Shown here one piece after another: positions 22,352-32,214 of a stretch of 64,000 bases of DNA. Within the stretch, counting starts at the first letter, position 1, and each line of letters opens with the position of its first letter. The position numbers and the translations under genes are program-made. The notes beneath the pieces were generated by a model, which saw only the letters and a list, made by a program, of their open reading frames with translations, had not been told where the DNA came from and did not search any database. The DNA is from an uncultured delta proteobacterium (GTDB lineage Bacteria > Desulfobacterota > Binatia > UBA9968), in contig CAVWLW010000076.1 in NCBI GenBank assembly GCA_963755715.1, positions 1 to 64,000 on the forward strand, written 5' to 3'.

Positions 22352-23392
22352 ATGAAAAGAGTCTTCCTTGCTGTTTCTCTTGTGCTCGCGCTTGCATGCT
22401 GTGTCGGTCCTGCGCCTGCAGCGGCGCAAGAATTTTTCAAGGGCAAAACCATTCGACTCATCGTCGGTAACTCGACCGGCGGGTCGATGGACGACTGGGG
22501 CCGCTTCTTGGCGCAGTATTGGGGGCGGCACATCCCGGGCAGTCCAGAAGTCATCGTGCAAAACATGGCGGGAGCCGGAACGATCATCGCCGCCAATTAT
22601 ATTTACAGCGTCGCCAAACCCGATGGCTTGTCTATCGGACTGGTCAACCCGGCGATTTACGTCGACCAGCTCCTGCGAGCGAAGGAAGTAAAATTCGATT
22701 GGCAGAAATTTTCGTTTATCGGCTCTCCCGAGCGGCTCGATTACGTGTTGTTCATGCGCACCGACACGCCCTACAAGACGCTCGACGATATGCGCAAGGC
22801 GAAAGAGCCGCCGCGGTGCGCCGCGTTAGCGATTAGCACGCCGAGTTATCAGTTTCCAAAGCTTCTAGAAGAGGGGCTGGGGCTTAAGTTTAACATGGTG
22901 CTCGGTTATGGCGGCGGCGGGGAAATGAATTTGGCTATTGAAAAAGGCGAGGTGCAATGTCGCGCCGGAACCGTATCGTCCTACGTCGACCGCGAGCCTA
23001 CCCGTGGCTGGGCGAAGAACGGTTTTGTTCGTGCCTTGGCTCAAAGCGGCGGAAAACGTTATCCAAAATTGCCCGACGTCCCGACCATCTACGAGCTCAT
23101 GGAAACTCACAAGACGCCCGACGGAATCAGGCGACTTGCTAAAGTCGTTCTCGCGTCACTTGATCTCGGCCGGCCATTTATCGCTCCTCCGGGCATAGCA
23201 GCGGACCGGCTCAAGGTTTTGCGCGACGCGTTTACGAAAGCCATGAACGACCCGGCATTAGTCGCCGACGCCAATAAAAGAAAGTGGGATCTTGATCCGA
23301 TTAGCGGTGCAGAGTTGGAGTCCACCGCCAAGGAAATCATGGTGCAACCGCCCGAAGTGATCGAGCGGATGAAGAAGCTGCTGGAAAATTAG
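22352..23392 (+). CDS. Bug/TctC tripartite tricarboxylate transporter substrate-binding protein
   Basis: FFKGKTIRLIVG..GG..D, VQNMAGAG, KPDGL, GYGGG, LPDVPTIYE. Confidence 0.9.
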   Translation: MKRVFLAVSLVLALACCVGPAPAAAQEFFKGKTIRLIVGNSTGGSMDDWGRFLAQYWGRHIPGSPEVIVQNMAGAGTIIAANYIYSVAKPDGLSIGLVNPAIYVDQLLRAKEVKFDWQKFSFIGSPERLDYVLFMRTDTPYKTLDDMRKAKEPPRCAALAISTPSYQFPKLLEEGLGLKFNMVLGYGGGGEMNLAIEKGEVQCRAGTVSSYVDREPTRGWAKNGFVRALAQSGGKRYPKLPDVPTIYELMETHKTPDGIRRLAKVVLASLDLGRPFIAPPGIAADRLKVLRDAFTKAMNDPALVADANKRKWDLDPISGAELESTAKEIMVQPPEVIERMKKLLEN

Positions 23393-23444
23393 TTTTTTCG
23401 CCGCAAAAAAGAATCCGGCAAGGTCGCGCAATACCAATGCTCGG

Positions 23445-24242
23445 CTAGCGTGCGGCAACGTCGATCGGCACCCCGTCGGGGTCGGCCATTTGAAATTGTC
23501 CGTGTTGGCACTTGGCCAACAGGCTCAGTCGGATCTCGCCTTCGGTTCCTCCCGGTTTAGGTGAAAGAGCGGGATTTCTTTTCACCAAAGCCTGAAGATC
23601 TTTCTTAAACGAATCCAGGTTCTCGACTTTGAAACCGAGATGATCCATGTGACGCGGCTCGATGCCCGCGCCTTCGAAGTCCGTGATTGACCAGGGCGAG
23701 ATGATCAGCGTGACTCGTCCGTCGGTGAGATAATGACTCGGGTCATCGGCGGGTTTTTCACATTCCTGAAGCTCGTAAACCTCGCGGTAGAACTTCGCCA
23801 GATTGGCCGGATTGAGCGCGCGCAGAACAAAATGACTGATGTACCGATCCTGCTTCCATTCCCCCTCGACGTAGACTTCCGCCCGGTTCGTCATGGCCTG
23901 CTGGGAAAGATCGAAGACGTAGCCTTCGGGGTCGTGGGTGCTGATGCCGGCGAAGGGGCGATTGGTCGGTCTTTTGATCAACTGCACTGACGGATATTTT
24001 TCGCGCAAGCGGGCGCTTACTTTTTCGACGTCTTCGACTTCTAGGCCGAAGTGCTCTAGGCCGGCTTGGCGACCCAGCTTTTGCGGAATGATATTCATGC
24101 CGATGTAGCCGTCGCCGATGGCGACCGCACTTTCGGGCCGCGGTGACTTCGATGTTTTCATGCCGAACAAAGCTTCATAGAAGCGGCTGAGCAGGGCGTA
24201 ATTGTCGCTGATGATGGCGAGGTGTTTGATCTTGGCGAACAT
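23445..24242 (-). CDS. VOC/glyoxalase-fold protein (two domains)
   Basis: IKHLAI, GLEHFGLEVED, HDPEG; ISHFVL, MDHLGFKVE, DPDG. Confidence 0.85.
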   Translation of the reverse strand: MFAKIKHLAIISDNYALLSRFYEALFGMKTSKSPRPESAVAIGDGYIGMNIIPQKLGRQAGLEHFGLEVEDVEKVSARLREKYPSVQLIKRPTNRPFAGISTHDPEGYVFDLSQQAMTNRAEVYVEGEWKQDRYISHFVLRALNPANLAKFYREVYELQECEKPADDPSHYLTDGRVTLIISPWSITDFEGAGIEPRHMDHLGFKVENLDSFKKDLQALVKRNPALSPKPGGTEGEIRLSLLAKCQHGQFQMADPDGVPIDVAAR

Positions 24243-24251
24243 GTCGGGCTC

Positions 24252-25250
24252 CTATCGCTTGGGACTTTCGTTATAGATCTGTTCGATGAAACCGGTTTTT
24301 TCCAGCTCGGTCAGAATGCTGTTATCGATGAAATCATCGGCGTTGACTTTAACGCCTTCGGGCAGCTCCTTGCCCATCTGATCGACGGCGAACTTGACCG
24401 CGCGCCGGTCGCCGTAAGGAAGCTTCTTATAGACGGGGCGATAGATTTCGTAACTCTTTTCTAGAATATCGCGGTCGTTGATCTTGAGATATTTGGCCAG
24501 GACTTTGAGCGAAAGCTCTTTATCGGTTTTGAACGCTTTGATTCCTTCGACCCAGCTGCGCAAAAAATTTTTCGCCGCCTCGCGATTAGCCGCGATAAAT
24601 TTTTTCGAGGTGATGACGCCGTTCACCGGATAATAAATCGGCAAGGTGCTCAAATCGATGGTGACGTGAAAGCCCATCTTCTCGGCTTGCACTTTCTTGT
24701 CGCCGGAGAGCATCGCGCCGTCGATCGCCCCCGAGGTCAAAGCGGCGAAGCGGGTCGCTTCGCCGCCGGTCTGTAAAATGGTCACGTCTTTATCGGGTAC
24801 GAGCTTATAATGATGCAAAGCCTCGCGCAGCGCCAGGTCGGTAAGCGAGCCGTAGCGGCTGACGCCGACTTTTCGACCCTTGAGCTCCGCCGGCGTTTTG
24901 ATATTCGGTCCCGTCACGACGGTTTCCAAGAGCTGGTCCACGCCGCTGGCGATTAAAGCTAGATCCGCGCCGCGCGCCCACGCGCCGATCGCTGAAGGGG
25001 GCGCCATGTTGGCGATTTTGACGTCTCCCGAGATAATCGATTGAATGATCGTCGACCCGCCCGGGATGTATAAGAGCTCCGCTGAAATATTATTTCTTTT
25101 GAAAAATCCCGCTTCATAGGCGATCCAGAGAGGACCTGCTGTCGGCGACAAGGACACGTACGGGATTTTTAATGTCTGGGCTTCAAGCGTCGTCCACGGC
25201 GAAAACAGCAAGAAAACCAGAAGTAATTTTCCGAGGAGGCGATAGGTCAT
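24252..25250 (-). CDS. ABC substrate-binding protein, NMT1/SsuA-like
   Basis: PLWIAYEAGFFKR, ELKGRKVGVSRYGSLTD, DFIDNSILTELEK. Confidence 0.88.
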   Translation of the reverse strand: MTYRLLGKLLLVFLLFSPWTTLEAQTLKIPYVSLSPTAGPLWIAYEAGFFKRNNISAELLYIPGGSTIIQSIISGDVKIANMAPPSAIGAWARGADLALIASGVDQLLETVVTGPNIKTPAELKGRKVGVSRYGSLTDLALREALHHYKLVPDKDVTILQTGGEATRFAALTSGAIDGAMLSGDKKVQAEKMGFHVTIDLSTLPIYYPVNGVITSKKFIAANREAAKNFLRSWVEGIKAFKTDKELSLKVLAKYLKINDRDILEKSYEIYRPVYKKLPYGDRRAVKFAVDQMGKELPEGVKVNADDFIDNSILTELEKTGFIEQIYNESPKR

Positions 25251-25408
25251 GATGTAACCTTTCAAAAATCTGCGGTCGACATCAATTCGTTTAACAACTG
25301 GGTCGATGAAGTGCAAACAGGGATGCGAAGTGAGCTGACAAACCGGCTCCAGGAAAATTTCATCGCTTCTCCGGCCGGCGAAGTTAAGTTAACATTCGCG
25401 ATTGAGCA

Positions 25409-25999
25409 ATGTTTATGAGGCCGTTCTTATTTATCGGCGCGGTGATCTTCAGTCTCTATTGGTTTTTACCTGGGTCAGAGATCGCCCGCGTGCCTGGTGT
25501 GCTTGCACCGGATGAACCCGTGCAGAGAGAACTCTTCACCTCGTCGTTTCACGAGCAGAACGGTTATCGGATCGCGCCTCTGGCGACTTTCGATATTCGA
25601 GCGCGGGTGATTTCAGCTGCAAGGTATCGCTTTGGCCGCGAAGCGGACCTGGCGCCAGTGGATCTTGTCCTGGGCTGGGGCGCCCTGTCCGACACCAATG
25701 TCTTGAAGCAGATCAGCTTTTCCCAGAGCGGGCGCGCTTACACCTGGTGGACCAAAGCTTGGCCTGTTCCCAGAGACATGATCCAATCGCATAGCGCCAA
25801 TATGCACACGATTCCGGCCAACCGGGAGATCGAGAAACAACTCAAATCCGTCCGTCCCGGAAACATGGTCCATTTAAAAGGATTGCTCGTAGAAGTTACT
25901 TCGAAGGAAGGCTGGCGCTGGAAGAGTTCACTCACTCGCACCGACACGGGCGGTGGGGCATGCGAGCTGATCTGGGTGGAGTCGTTATTCGTTTGGTGA
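25409..25999 (+). CDS. Hypothetical exported protein
   Basis: N-terminal hydrophobic helix; PVDLVLGWG, HSANMH, WKSSLTRTDTGGGACE. Confidence 0.75.
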   Translation: MFMRPFLFIGAVIFSLYWFLPGSEIARVPGVLAPDEPVQRELFTSSFHEQNGYRIAPLATFDIRARVISAARYRFGREADLAPVDLVLGWGALSDTNVLKQISFSQSGRAYTWWTKAWPVPRDMIQSHSANMHTIPANREIEKQLKSVRPGNMVHLKGLLVEVTSKEGWRWKSSLTRTDTGGGACELIWVESLFVW

Positions 26000-26078
26000 A
26001 TAACAGAAGTCGAGAACTCAGACTTCGCGGAGTCGATTTTTCACACTGGGTGGACGGATGTCGCTAGCCCCTGTCAAT

Positions 26079-27092
26079 TTACATTCCCGATTTCGTGTCG
26101 CGAACGAGAGACGGCACATAACACCGAGTGTCTCTTGAAGTAGACGGACTCTGTCCACAGGTAATAGTTCCGTTTAAGGTGTGACCAGAGACAGCCTTAC
26201 TGAGATTCGAGTTCGGACAGAATTTGGCCCAATCGGTGATCGGCGAACATTGGTTGAAGTTATTGTTTTTTATGTCGCCGACCACCGGGAGCAAATAGCA
26301 ATCTCCTGGATTGCTCTTGAATAAGTCTGGGATTGTTTTATTGAACAGGTTGCCGATCGTGCCGTTTTGTAGATTCGTGCAGAACCCCAGTTCGACTGCC
26401 GGAGTACCACCACAACTGGGCAGTTGTTCAAATAGCGCTTTAATGTTTGGAGTATTGGCGCCGAGCGAATAGGTTGTCCAGCCGGAATTGCCGTGGGGAT
26501 TAAACTCTAGATCTTGATTACTGGCTGAGCCACACAAGGTGTTGTCGATCGCTATGGGCATGCCAGGTATTGCCTTGATCACGGCAACTGCGCTGACGGT
26601 GACATCAGCGTTACCCGGGGCGTTTTGTCCCATCAACTTGAGCAGGGGAGTGAGGAATAGCGGTGCCTTCATCGGGGCGCCAACCGTCCCGCCGTAAGGA
26701 TTGCTGCTCTCCAACGCCACGCGCACGCCGTTGGCGTTGGCGGCGGTGACCCCCGACGTCGTAATGGCTCCGGTGCTGCTGTCATATTGCACCAGGGTCA
26801 CATTGTTGGCGCTGATCGTATTATTGGGGCTGTTCAAATAATTGTTACCAAAGCCGGGGTTCGTTCCGCCTGGATTTATTGAAGCGGCGCGCGCCTGGAC
26901 GGTAGACAAATTTCCCGTGGGGATTGCTGATGCCGCCGCGAGCGCCGCGGCATCGACCGCGGGCTGCCCCTGAGAACGGATGTACACAAGGTGTCCCGTA
27001 TCGAGCCCCATTCCGACCATAATCAAGAGCAGAACTATCATTAGAGTGGCGAATATAATCACGGTGCCGTTTTCGTTGTCTAAGCGGTTCAT
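26079..27092 (-). CDS. TadG-like (Flp pilus) pseudopilin
   Basis: G|TVIIFATLMIVLL..GMGLDTG...AVDAAALAAA; Cys-rich C-terminus. Confidence 0.8.
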   Translation of the reverse strand: MNRLDNENGTVIIFATLMIVLLLIMVGMGLDTGHLVYIRSQGQPAVDAAALAAASAIPTGNLSTVQARAASINPGGTNPGFGNNYLNSPNNTISANNVTLVQYDSSTGAITTSGVTAANANGVRVALESSNPYGGTVGAPMKAPLFLTPLLKLMGQNAPGNADVTVSAVAVIKAIPGMPIAIDNTLCGSASNQDLEFNPHGNSGWTTYSLGANTPNIKALFEQLPSCGGTPAVELGFCTNLQNGTIGNLFNKTIPDLFKSNPGDCYLLPVVGDIKNNNFNQCSPITDWAKFCPNSNLSKAVSGHTLNGTITCGQSPSTSRDTRCYVPSLVRDTKSGM

Positions 27093-27111
27093 TATGGAGT
27101 GCCCCCGTTGT

Positions 27112-27642
27112 CTAACTTGTGTAGTTCTGGTTGACGCTGGTCGTTGAGCATGGCGCCGTATTGTCAAAGGGTTGATAGGTGTAGCGCATTTGAGTCGTAC
27201 GACTAATGAGTATCGAGTTTGGAGCCCCGAACCCTAGCAGTCGCAAGAGCTGATAAAGGAAGAAATTGTAATTTCCCTGGGCAGTGACCTGGACATATTC
27301 AACACAAGTCGGTGCTGTTCCCTCATAGAATTTCACGTTGACGGTTTTGTTTGTAAGGTTGTTCGGCATACGACTCAATACCGCGTTTTTGACCGTCGTT
27401 GCCTCCGTTGTGGTGTAGTTGAAGTTAGGGTCCGAGCCACCGGTTTTCTGTAGTTCGGCGCCAATGCGCGTGCCCTCGCGCGCTGCGTTTTGGGTGAGGT
27501 TCGCCATAAACAGGGCGATACCGAAATCAAAAGGTATTGCCAGCGCAACCAGCAACAGAGGCGTCACCAGTGCGAGTTCCACGACACTTTGGCCCCGTTG
27601 ACAGTTTGGGTCTCCAGCACGCTTTAGCAACTTTCGAATCAT
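27112..27642 (-). CDS. TadE-like pseudopilin
   Basis: RGQSVVELALVTPLL...NAAREGTR. Confidence 0.88.
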   Translation of the reverse strand: MIRKLLKRAGDPNCQRGQSVVELALVTPLLLVALAIPFDFGIALFMANLTQNAAREGTRIGAELQKTGGSDPNFNYTTTEATTVKNAVLSRMPNNLTNKTVNVKFYEGTAPTCVEYVQVTAQGNYNFFLYQLLRLLGFGAPNSILISRTTQMRYTYQPFDNTAPCSTTSVNQNYTS

Positions 27643-27669
27643 CGGTTCACCATTTCTTGACCCTAGTCA

Positions 27670-28173
27670 TCAACAGGATTGATGTTCCCATCTCATCGTA
27701 GTCGAACGAACCATGTTGGTTGTGTTCGGGACACTTTGGCCAAAGAGCCGGAATACCTTGTAGTAAAAAAAGTTGTAATTGCCGGAAACCGACACGGTGA
27801 CCATCTGTAAAGGACAGGTCCCGCTCAGGGTCAGAGCAATCTGCGCACTGGGAAGCAAAGCGGATGACAAACGCTTAGAGGTCGCGAGCAATATTGTATT
27901 TGTCGTGCTGCAGGGCATGTTGCAATTTGCCGCCGTTGGATTTTTTTCCGCCGCCGCGATGCGAGCGCCCTCGCGAGAAGCGTTGAAGGCAAGCTGCCCT
28001 GTGTAAAAGGCCAGGCCAAAGTCGGCGGGAATAAACGCCACGATCAAAAGAAGGATGAACGCCAGAGTGAACTCAACAGCTGCCTGGCCTTTTTGTCGCA
28101 ATCTGCAGTCGGTGAAATACTGGTGCACCTTAATTGGGAGATTGACAGGTAAACCGCCACTTTGTTTAGGCAT
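27670..28173 (-). CDS. TadE-like pseudopilin (start uncertain)
   Basis: KGQAAVEFTLAF...NASREGAR. Confidence 0.88.
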   Translation of the reverse strand: MPKQSGGLPVNLPIKVHQYFTDCRLRQKGQAAVEFTLAFILLLIVAFIPADFGLAFYTGQLAFNASREGARIAAAEKNPTAANCNMPCSTTNTILLATSKRLSSALLPSAQIALTLSGTCPLQMVTVSVSGNYNFFYYKVFRLFGQSVPNTTNMVRSTTMRWEHQSC

Positions 28174-28944
28174 GATCTCTAATCACTCCTGCTTTAAACG
28201 AAGTTCCGAATTCTCTGACCACGGCGGCGAGCCGTGCTGAATGCGGCGAATCAATTCGGCATCGAGCGACAAGGTGGGTTGGATTACTAGTCATTGGTTC
28301 AAAAGATGATTGTCTGGTTTGATTGAGCAGTTTTTGTACCAGCGGTGATAAACAGAGAATTCCACGACTTGCGATTGAGGTACAGGTTGGATTTGACGCT
28401 GTTGACAGGAAGGCGGACAGGCTTGGCAATGCAATGTCACGCCGCCGCACGCAGCAGCAGGTAAAATGTACAACAGCTGGTTTCAACCAGCCGTCTCGGA
28501 TTTGCTCTGATTTTGAGTGCCGATCGAAAAAATATTTTTCGCTAAAACGGCTATATCGATGATCCTAGTGTCAGAAATGTGTACAGTCTCAATGATCCGA
28601 ATATGTTCGTACGATAAAGCTTTGCCGCGTTTTGCGCGCGAAAGTTTCTATGCTGCGCTGACTCCCGTAGAACAGAACTGGGCAAACCGCATCGATAAAA
28701 AATTCGATGCATCAAAACAATTTGCCTTTATGCTCAACGTGGTCGTGAGCCATTCGTGATCTGAAAAGTGGCCGAAGGTGGGGGCTTTTTCAGGCTGCGC
28801 ACTAACGCATCAATAGCGGCCGTGAACCACCAAAACAAACAATGGTTCGACCAGGATCAATTCGAGAGTGTCAGTTAAAACGTTCTGGGAAAGCGTGCAG
28901 CAGCGAGTGTTGCGTCAATGCGGACTCATAACCGGACGGGTCGA

Positions 28945-29367
28945 CTATTCAACAAAACCACGTAGCGCCTTCGGCGTCACGAGAATCGGCACCGTGTAGG
29001 CTGCGCTAAATTCTGCCACGGTCATGTCCAAGCTCTTAATTCCTTCGCGGTATTTTCTGAGGTAAGTTTTCACTCGGTTGCTCGCTGGAGGAGCATCCAT
29101 AATCTTTGCCTCGCCGCCGATCACGGCGACGTCGCCGCCATCTTCGTCGGTATTGAAGTTTAATGAGACTTTGGGATTTCTCGCGATATGCCGCAGCTTG
29201 GCTTTGCCTCTTTCACTGAAAATTAAGATCGTCTCGTCATCCCAATGAAACCAGACCGGCCTCGGTTGGGGTGCATCGTTGAAATCGACGGTGGTGAGCC
29301 AGATTATTCGGTCGTGACGAAGCCTGCGCCTGACGTGTCGGCCTAAACGGCTGGTGAAGTCGATCAT
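28945..29367 (-). CDS. PPOX-class (putative F420-dependent) oxidoreductase
   Basis: IIWLTTV..PQPRPVWFHWD...KLRHIARNPKVSLNF...YLRKYREGI. Confidence 0.8.
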   Translation of the reverse strand: MIDFTSRLGRHVRRRLRHDRIIWLTTVDFNDAPQPRPVWFHWDDETILIFSERGKAKLRHIARNPKVSLNFNTDEDGGDVAVIGGEAKIMDAPPASNRVKTYLRKYREGIKSLDMTVAEFSAAYTVPILVTPKALRGFVE

Positions 29368-29671
29368 ACAATCTCCGGATCAGTTGCGAACAGCCAGAGA
29401 ACCTAGCCAGGGTATAATTTCACCCTAGCACGATGCTGGTATTCGGCAAGTCGGTTTGGCGGATGTATAAATGGTAAGCATCCGTTTATTCATTCCGCTG
29501 AGTAGGTTATTTTGGCCGCCGTTAGCCCCGAACAAATTGCCGTCTTGAAAATTCTTCTGGCCAGCGCGGACCCTAAATTGCTATAATTTCGATCAACAAT
29601 CAGGTGGCGCGGCGCTAGAACTAGTTCAAGCCAAGGACTTTTTCTTCTTAGCGCGCCGACGAGTCCCGATA

Positions 29672-30460
29672 ATGATGCTCTTATTAATCGCTTTCATCTT
29701 TGGCGCCGTCGTCGGCAGTTTTCTCAACGTCTGCATCGCGCGCATACCTAAAGGCCAATCGATCGTCCATCCGCCGTCGCATTGTCCAAATTGCCAAGCG
29801 TCGATTCCTTTTTATTGTAACGTGCCGTTACTTAGCTATGTCTGGCTTTGGGGCCGCTGTCGTTCCTGCAAAGAACCGATTTCATCGCGCTATCCTATTG
29901 TTGAGCTTCTTACCGCGCTGGTCTCGCTCGCCTTAATGCACCGATTCGGCCCGAGTTACGCGTTCTTCGTGACGTTTCTGTTCGCTGCAGCTCTGATCGT
30001 AATATCGTTTATCGATCTGGACGTGCGGATCGTGCCCGATGTCATCAGCTTGCCGGGGATTGTTCTCGGTTTGGTTCTCGCTATCATCGGCTATTTTATC
30101 TTTGACGGCGCGACCAGTTTCATTCCTTCGCCGCTGAGTTCGCTCATCGGAATTCTTGCCGGCGGCGGCTTTCTCCTCGCGACGGCCTGGATCTATGAGA
30201 AGATTACCGGTGTCGAGGGCATGGGCGGCGGTGACATCAAGCTATTGGCGATGATCGGGGCATTCTTGGGTTGGCCTTCGGTGCCGGTGACGCTTTTCTT
30301 TGCTTCGCTGGTAGGCTCGGTCGTCGGCTTGGCCTGTATGCTCATGACCGGAGCAGGCCGCCGGCTCGCATTACCGTTTGCGCCATTTCTATGCTCCGGC
30401 GCCGTTCTGTTCATATTCTATGGTGAAGAGTTAATTCGGTTCTACCTTCCTCCGGGTTAA
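29672..30460 (+). CDS. pilD: Prepilin peptidase
   Basis: GSFLNVCIARIP, CPNC/CRSC Zn site, FIDLD, GMGGGDIKL, PFAPFL. Confidence 0.95.
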   Translation: MMLLLIAFIFGAVVGSFLNVCIARIPKGQSIVHPPSHCPNCQASIPFYCNVPLLSYVWLWGRCRSCKEPISSRYPIVELLTALVSLALMHRFGPSYAFFVTFLFAAALIVISFIDLDVRIVPDVISLPGIVLGLVLAIIGYFIFDGATSFIPSPLSSLIGILAGGGFLLATAWIYEKITGVEGMGGGDIKLLAMIGAFLGWPSVPVTLFFASLVGSVVGLACMLMTGAGRRLALPFAPFLCSGAVLFIFYGEELIRFYLPPG

Positions 30461-30464
30461 CTTT

Positions 30465-30493
30465 TGACGAAATCCCCTTAACAAATTTCGTCA
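30465..30493. promoter_or_regulatory. Inverted repeat; possible enhancer (UAS) for a sigma54 activator
   Basis: TGACGAAAT-N11-ATTTCGTCA, about 115 bp upstream of a -24/-12 element. Confidence 0.4.
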
Positions 30494-30605
30494 TCGTGCC
30501 ACCCGTTGGCGTGTTGACGATTTTGATCGTGCGGACTTTTGGGAAGTTCTTTCCCAAGCTCATGCTAAATCGGAACATTCAAGCGGCGAGCGAGACGCCG
30601 CCTGC

Positions 30606-30622
30606 TTGGTGCGTGAATTGCA
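30606..30622 (+). promoter_or_regulatory. Sigma54 (-24/-12) promoter candidate for the minor pilin operon
   Basis: TTGGTGCGTGAATTGCA, i.e. GG-N10-GC, about 90 bp upstream of the FimT-like gene. Confidence 0.55.
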
Positions 30623-30709
30623 CCTTCACCGATTTGTTCCGTGTAGAGAATTCATTCTAACGACGCCCGATTTTGTAGAGTTTCTTAAATCAGACAGGTT
30701 ATTGAGACC

Positions 30710-31153
30710 ATGTTCACTCATCGTTACAAACGTATATTGACAGATGGCCGCGGATTCAGTCTAGCGGAAGTATTAGTTGCGATTGGTATTTTTGCGATCC
30801 TAGCGGCCATCGCCATACCTCAGTTTGTCGCCTTTCGACCAAGAAACCGTCTCAATGGCGCCACGCGTCAGATTTATAGCCAGTTGATGTGGGCGCGGTC
30901 GAAAGCTGTGACTGAGAACGGTTCCTACGTGGTTACTTTTCCGACCAACCAAACGATGTTGATCACCGGTTCAACGACTCGCACTGTCAACATCCAATCC
31001 GAGTATACCGACGTGACGCTGACCTCAACGGCGTCGACGATCACATTTTCGTCTCGGGGAACGTCCGATGTAGCGCCAACTATTACATTAACTAACTCGG
31101 GCGGAACCAAGACGCTGGCGCTCAAAATTACTGGTTCGGCGACAATCAGCTAA
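30710..31153 (+). CDS. Type IV minor pilin, FimT/GspH-like (set 1)
   Basis: RG|FSLAEVLV N-methylation motif; ARSKAV; ITFSSRG. Confidence 0.88.
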   Translation: MFTHRYKRILTDGRGFSLAEVLVAIGIFAILAAIAIPQFVAFRPRNRLNGATRQIYSQLMWARSKAVTENGSYVVTFPTNQTMLITGSTTRTVNIQSEYTDVTLTSTASTITFSSRGTSDVAPTITLTNSGGTKTLALKITGSATIS

Positions 31154-31587
31154 TGCAGGACAAAGACGTAAGCACAAAAGTTTTGCGCTCGATCAAACTC
31201 CAGCAAGGTTTCACCTTACTGGAGATTTTTATCGCTATTCTTTTATTGACAGTCGGCCTTCTGGGGACCGCGGCATTGACGACTGGCGTGGTGCGCGGGA
31301 ACATCGACAGCCGGCTACTGACGACTGCGACGACCATCGCGCAAACTTGTTTGGAAGAAAATCGCCGCGTGGGTTACGCCAGTGCGGGAGCCACGCCTGC
31401 TGGAGGCTCGAACAATTGCTTGAGTGGAAATGCTACAGTTTCTATCAACGGCGCTTCCTTTACTCGGACTTTGGCCATCGATAGTTCAGTAGCCAATATA
31501 AAAACTCTCACTGTTACCGTGACTTGGTCTGAAGGAGCGGTGGGCAGCAAATCTATGGCATTAAAAACCATTTTGGCGGTTTCGTGA
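31153..31587 (+). CDS. Type IV minor pilin, PilV-like (set 1)
   Basis: QG|FTLLEIFIA; TVTVTW. Confidence 0.85.
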   Translation: MQDKDVSTKVLRSIKLQQGFTLLEIFIAILLLTVGLLGTAALTTGVVRGNIDSRLLTTATTIAQTCLEENRRVGYASAGATPAGGSNNCLSGNATVSINGASFTRTLAIDSSVANIKTLTVTVTWSEGAVGSKSMALKTILAVS

Positions 31588-31592
31588 CGACG

Positions 31593-32198
31593 ATGAAAAA
31601 TGATCGAGCTTCTGGTTTTACTCTCATGGAGTTGCTGGTATCGATGTCTATCGGCATGGTCGTACTCGCCGCTCTCGCGAAAACGTTTACCGTTCAATCA
31701 CGCCAAAACACCGCCGAAGAGCAGGTCGCCCAGATGCAGGGAAACGCCCGGGCAGCTCTCGATCTTATGGTTAGAGAAATACAGATGGCTAAATACAACC
31801 CGGCGGGTACTGCCTTCTCGAGTGCGTACGGCGTGACTTACAGCGCATCGCAGTTGGAAGTCAAAGCAGACATGGATGGCAACGGAACCATTAGTACGTC
31901 AAGCGGCAGCGTCGAGGACATCATCTATGCCCGTGACGCCGCGAATAATTACATCACGCGCAAACTTGGCTCTGGCACAGCGGAGATTGTCGCGGATAAC
32001 ATCACCGCATTTACATTCGCCTATTATGATGCCAACGGCAGCGCGGTTACTTCCTCGGGGAATAGCGGGAACATTCGCAAAGTGACTATTAACATTACCG
32101 CGCGCACTGCGAAGCCCGATCCGAGTTATACCAGCAACAGCGGCTATCGCACCTACCAAATCAGTGCCGATATCACACCGCCGAACATGGCACTCTAA
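31593..32198 (+). CDS. Type IV minor pilin, PilW-like (set 1)
   Basis: SG|FTLMELLV; NARAALDLMVREIQMA. Confidence 0.88.
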   Translation: MKNDRASGFTLMELLVSMSIGMVVLAALAKTFTVQSRQNTAEEQVAQMQGNARAALDLMVREIQMAKYNPAGTAFSSAYGVTYSASQLEVKADMDGNGTISTSSGSVEDIIYARDAANNYITRKLGSGTAEIVADNITAFTFAYYDANGSAVTSSGNSGNIRKVTINITARTAKPDPSYTSNSGYRTYQISADITPPNMAL

Positions 32199-32214
32199 CG
32201 AGGAGCGGTTTTTT

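Noticed and set aside
28420-28442. Sigma54-like site for the tad genes (TGACATTGCATTGC, minus strand)
   Set aside because: The invariant -24 GG is replaced by GA.
28680-28728. GGGCAAACC...hairpin resembling a c-di-GMP-I riboswitch near the tad genes
   Set aside because: It lacks the GNRA loop and GACGCAAAGC core, and it is on the strand opposite to the tad genes.
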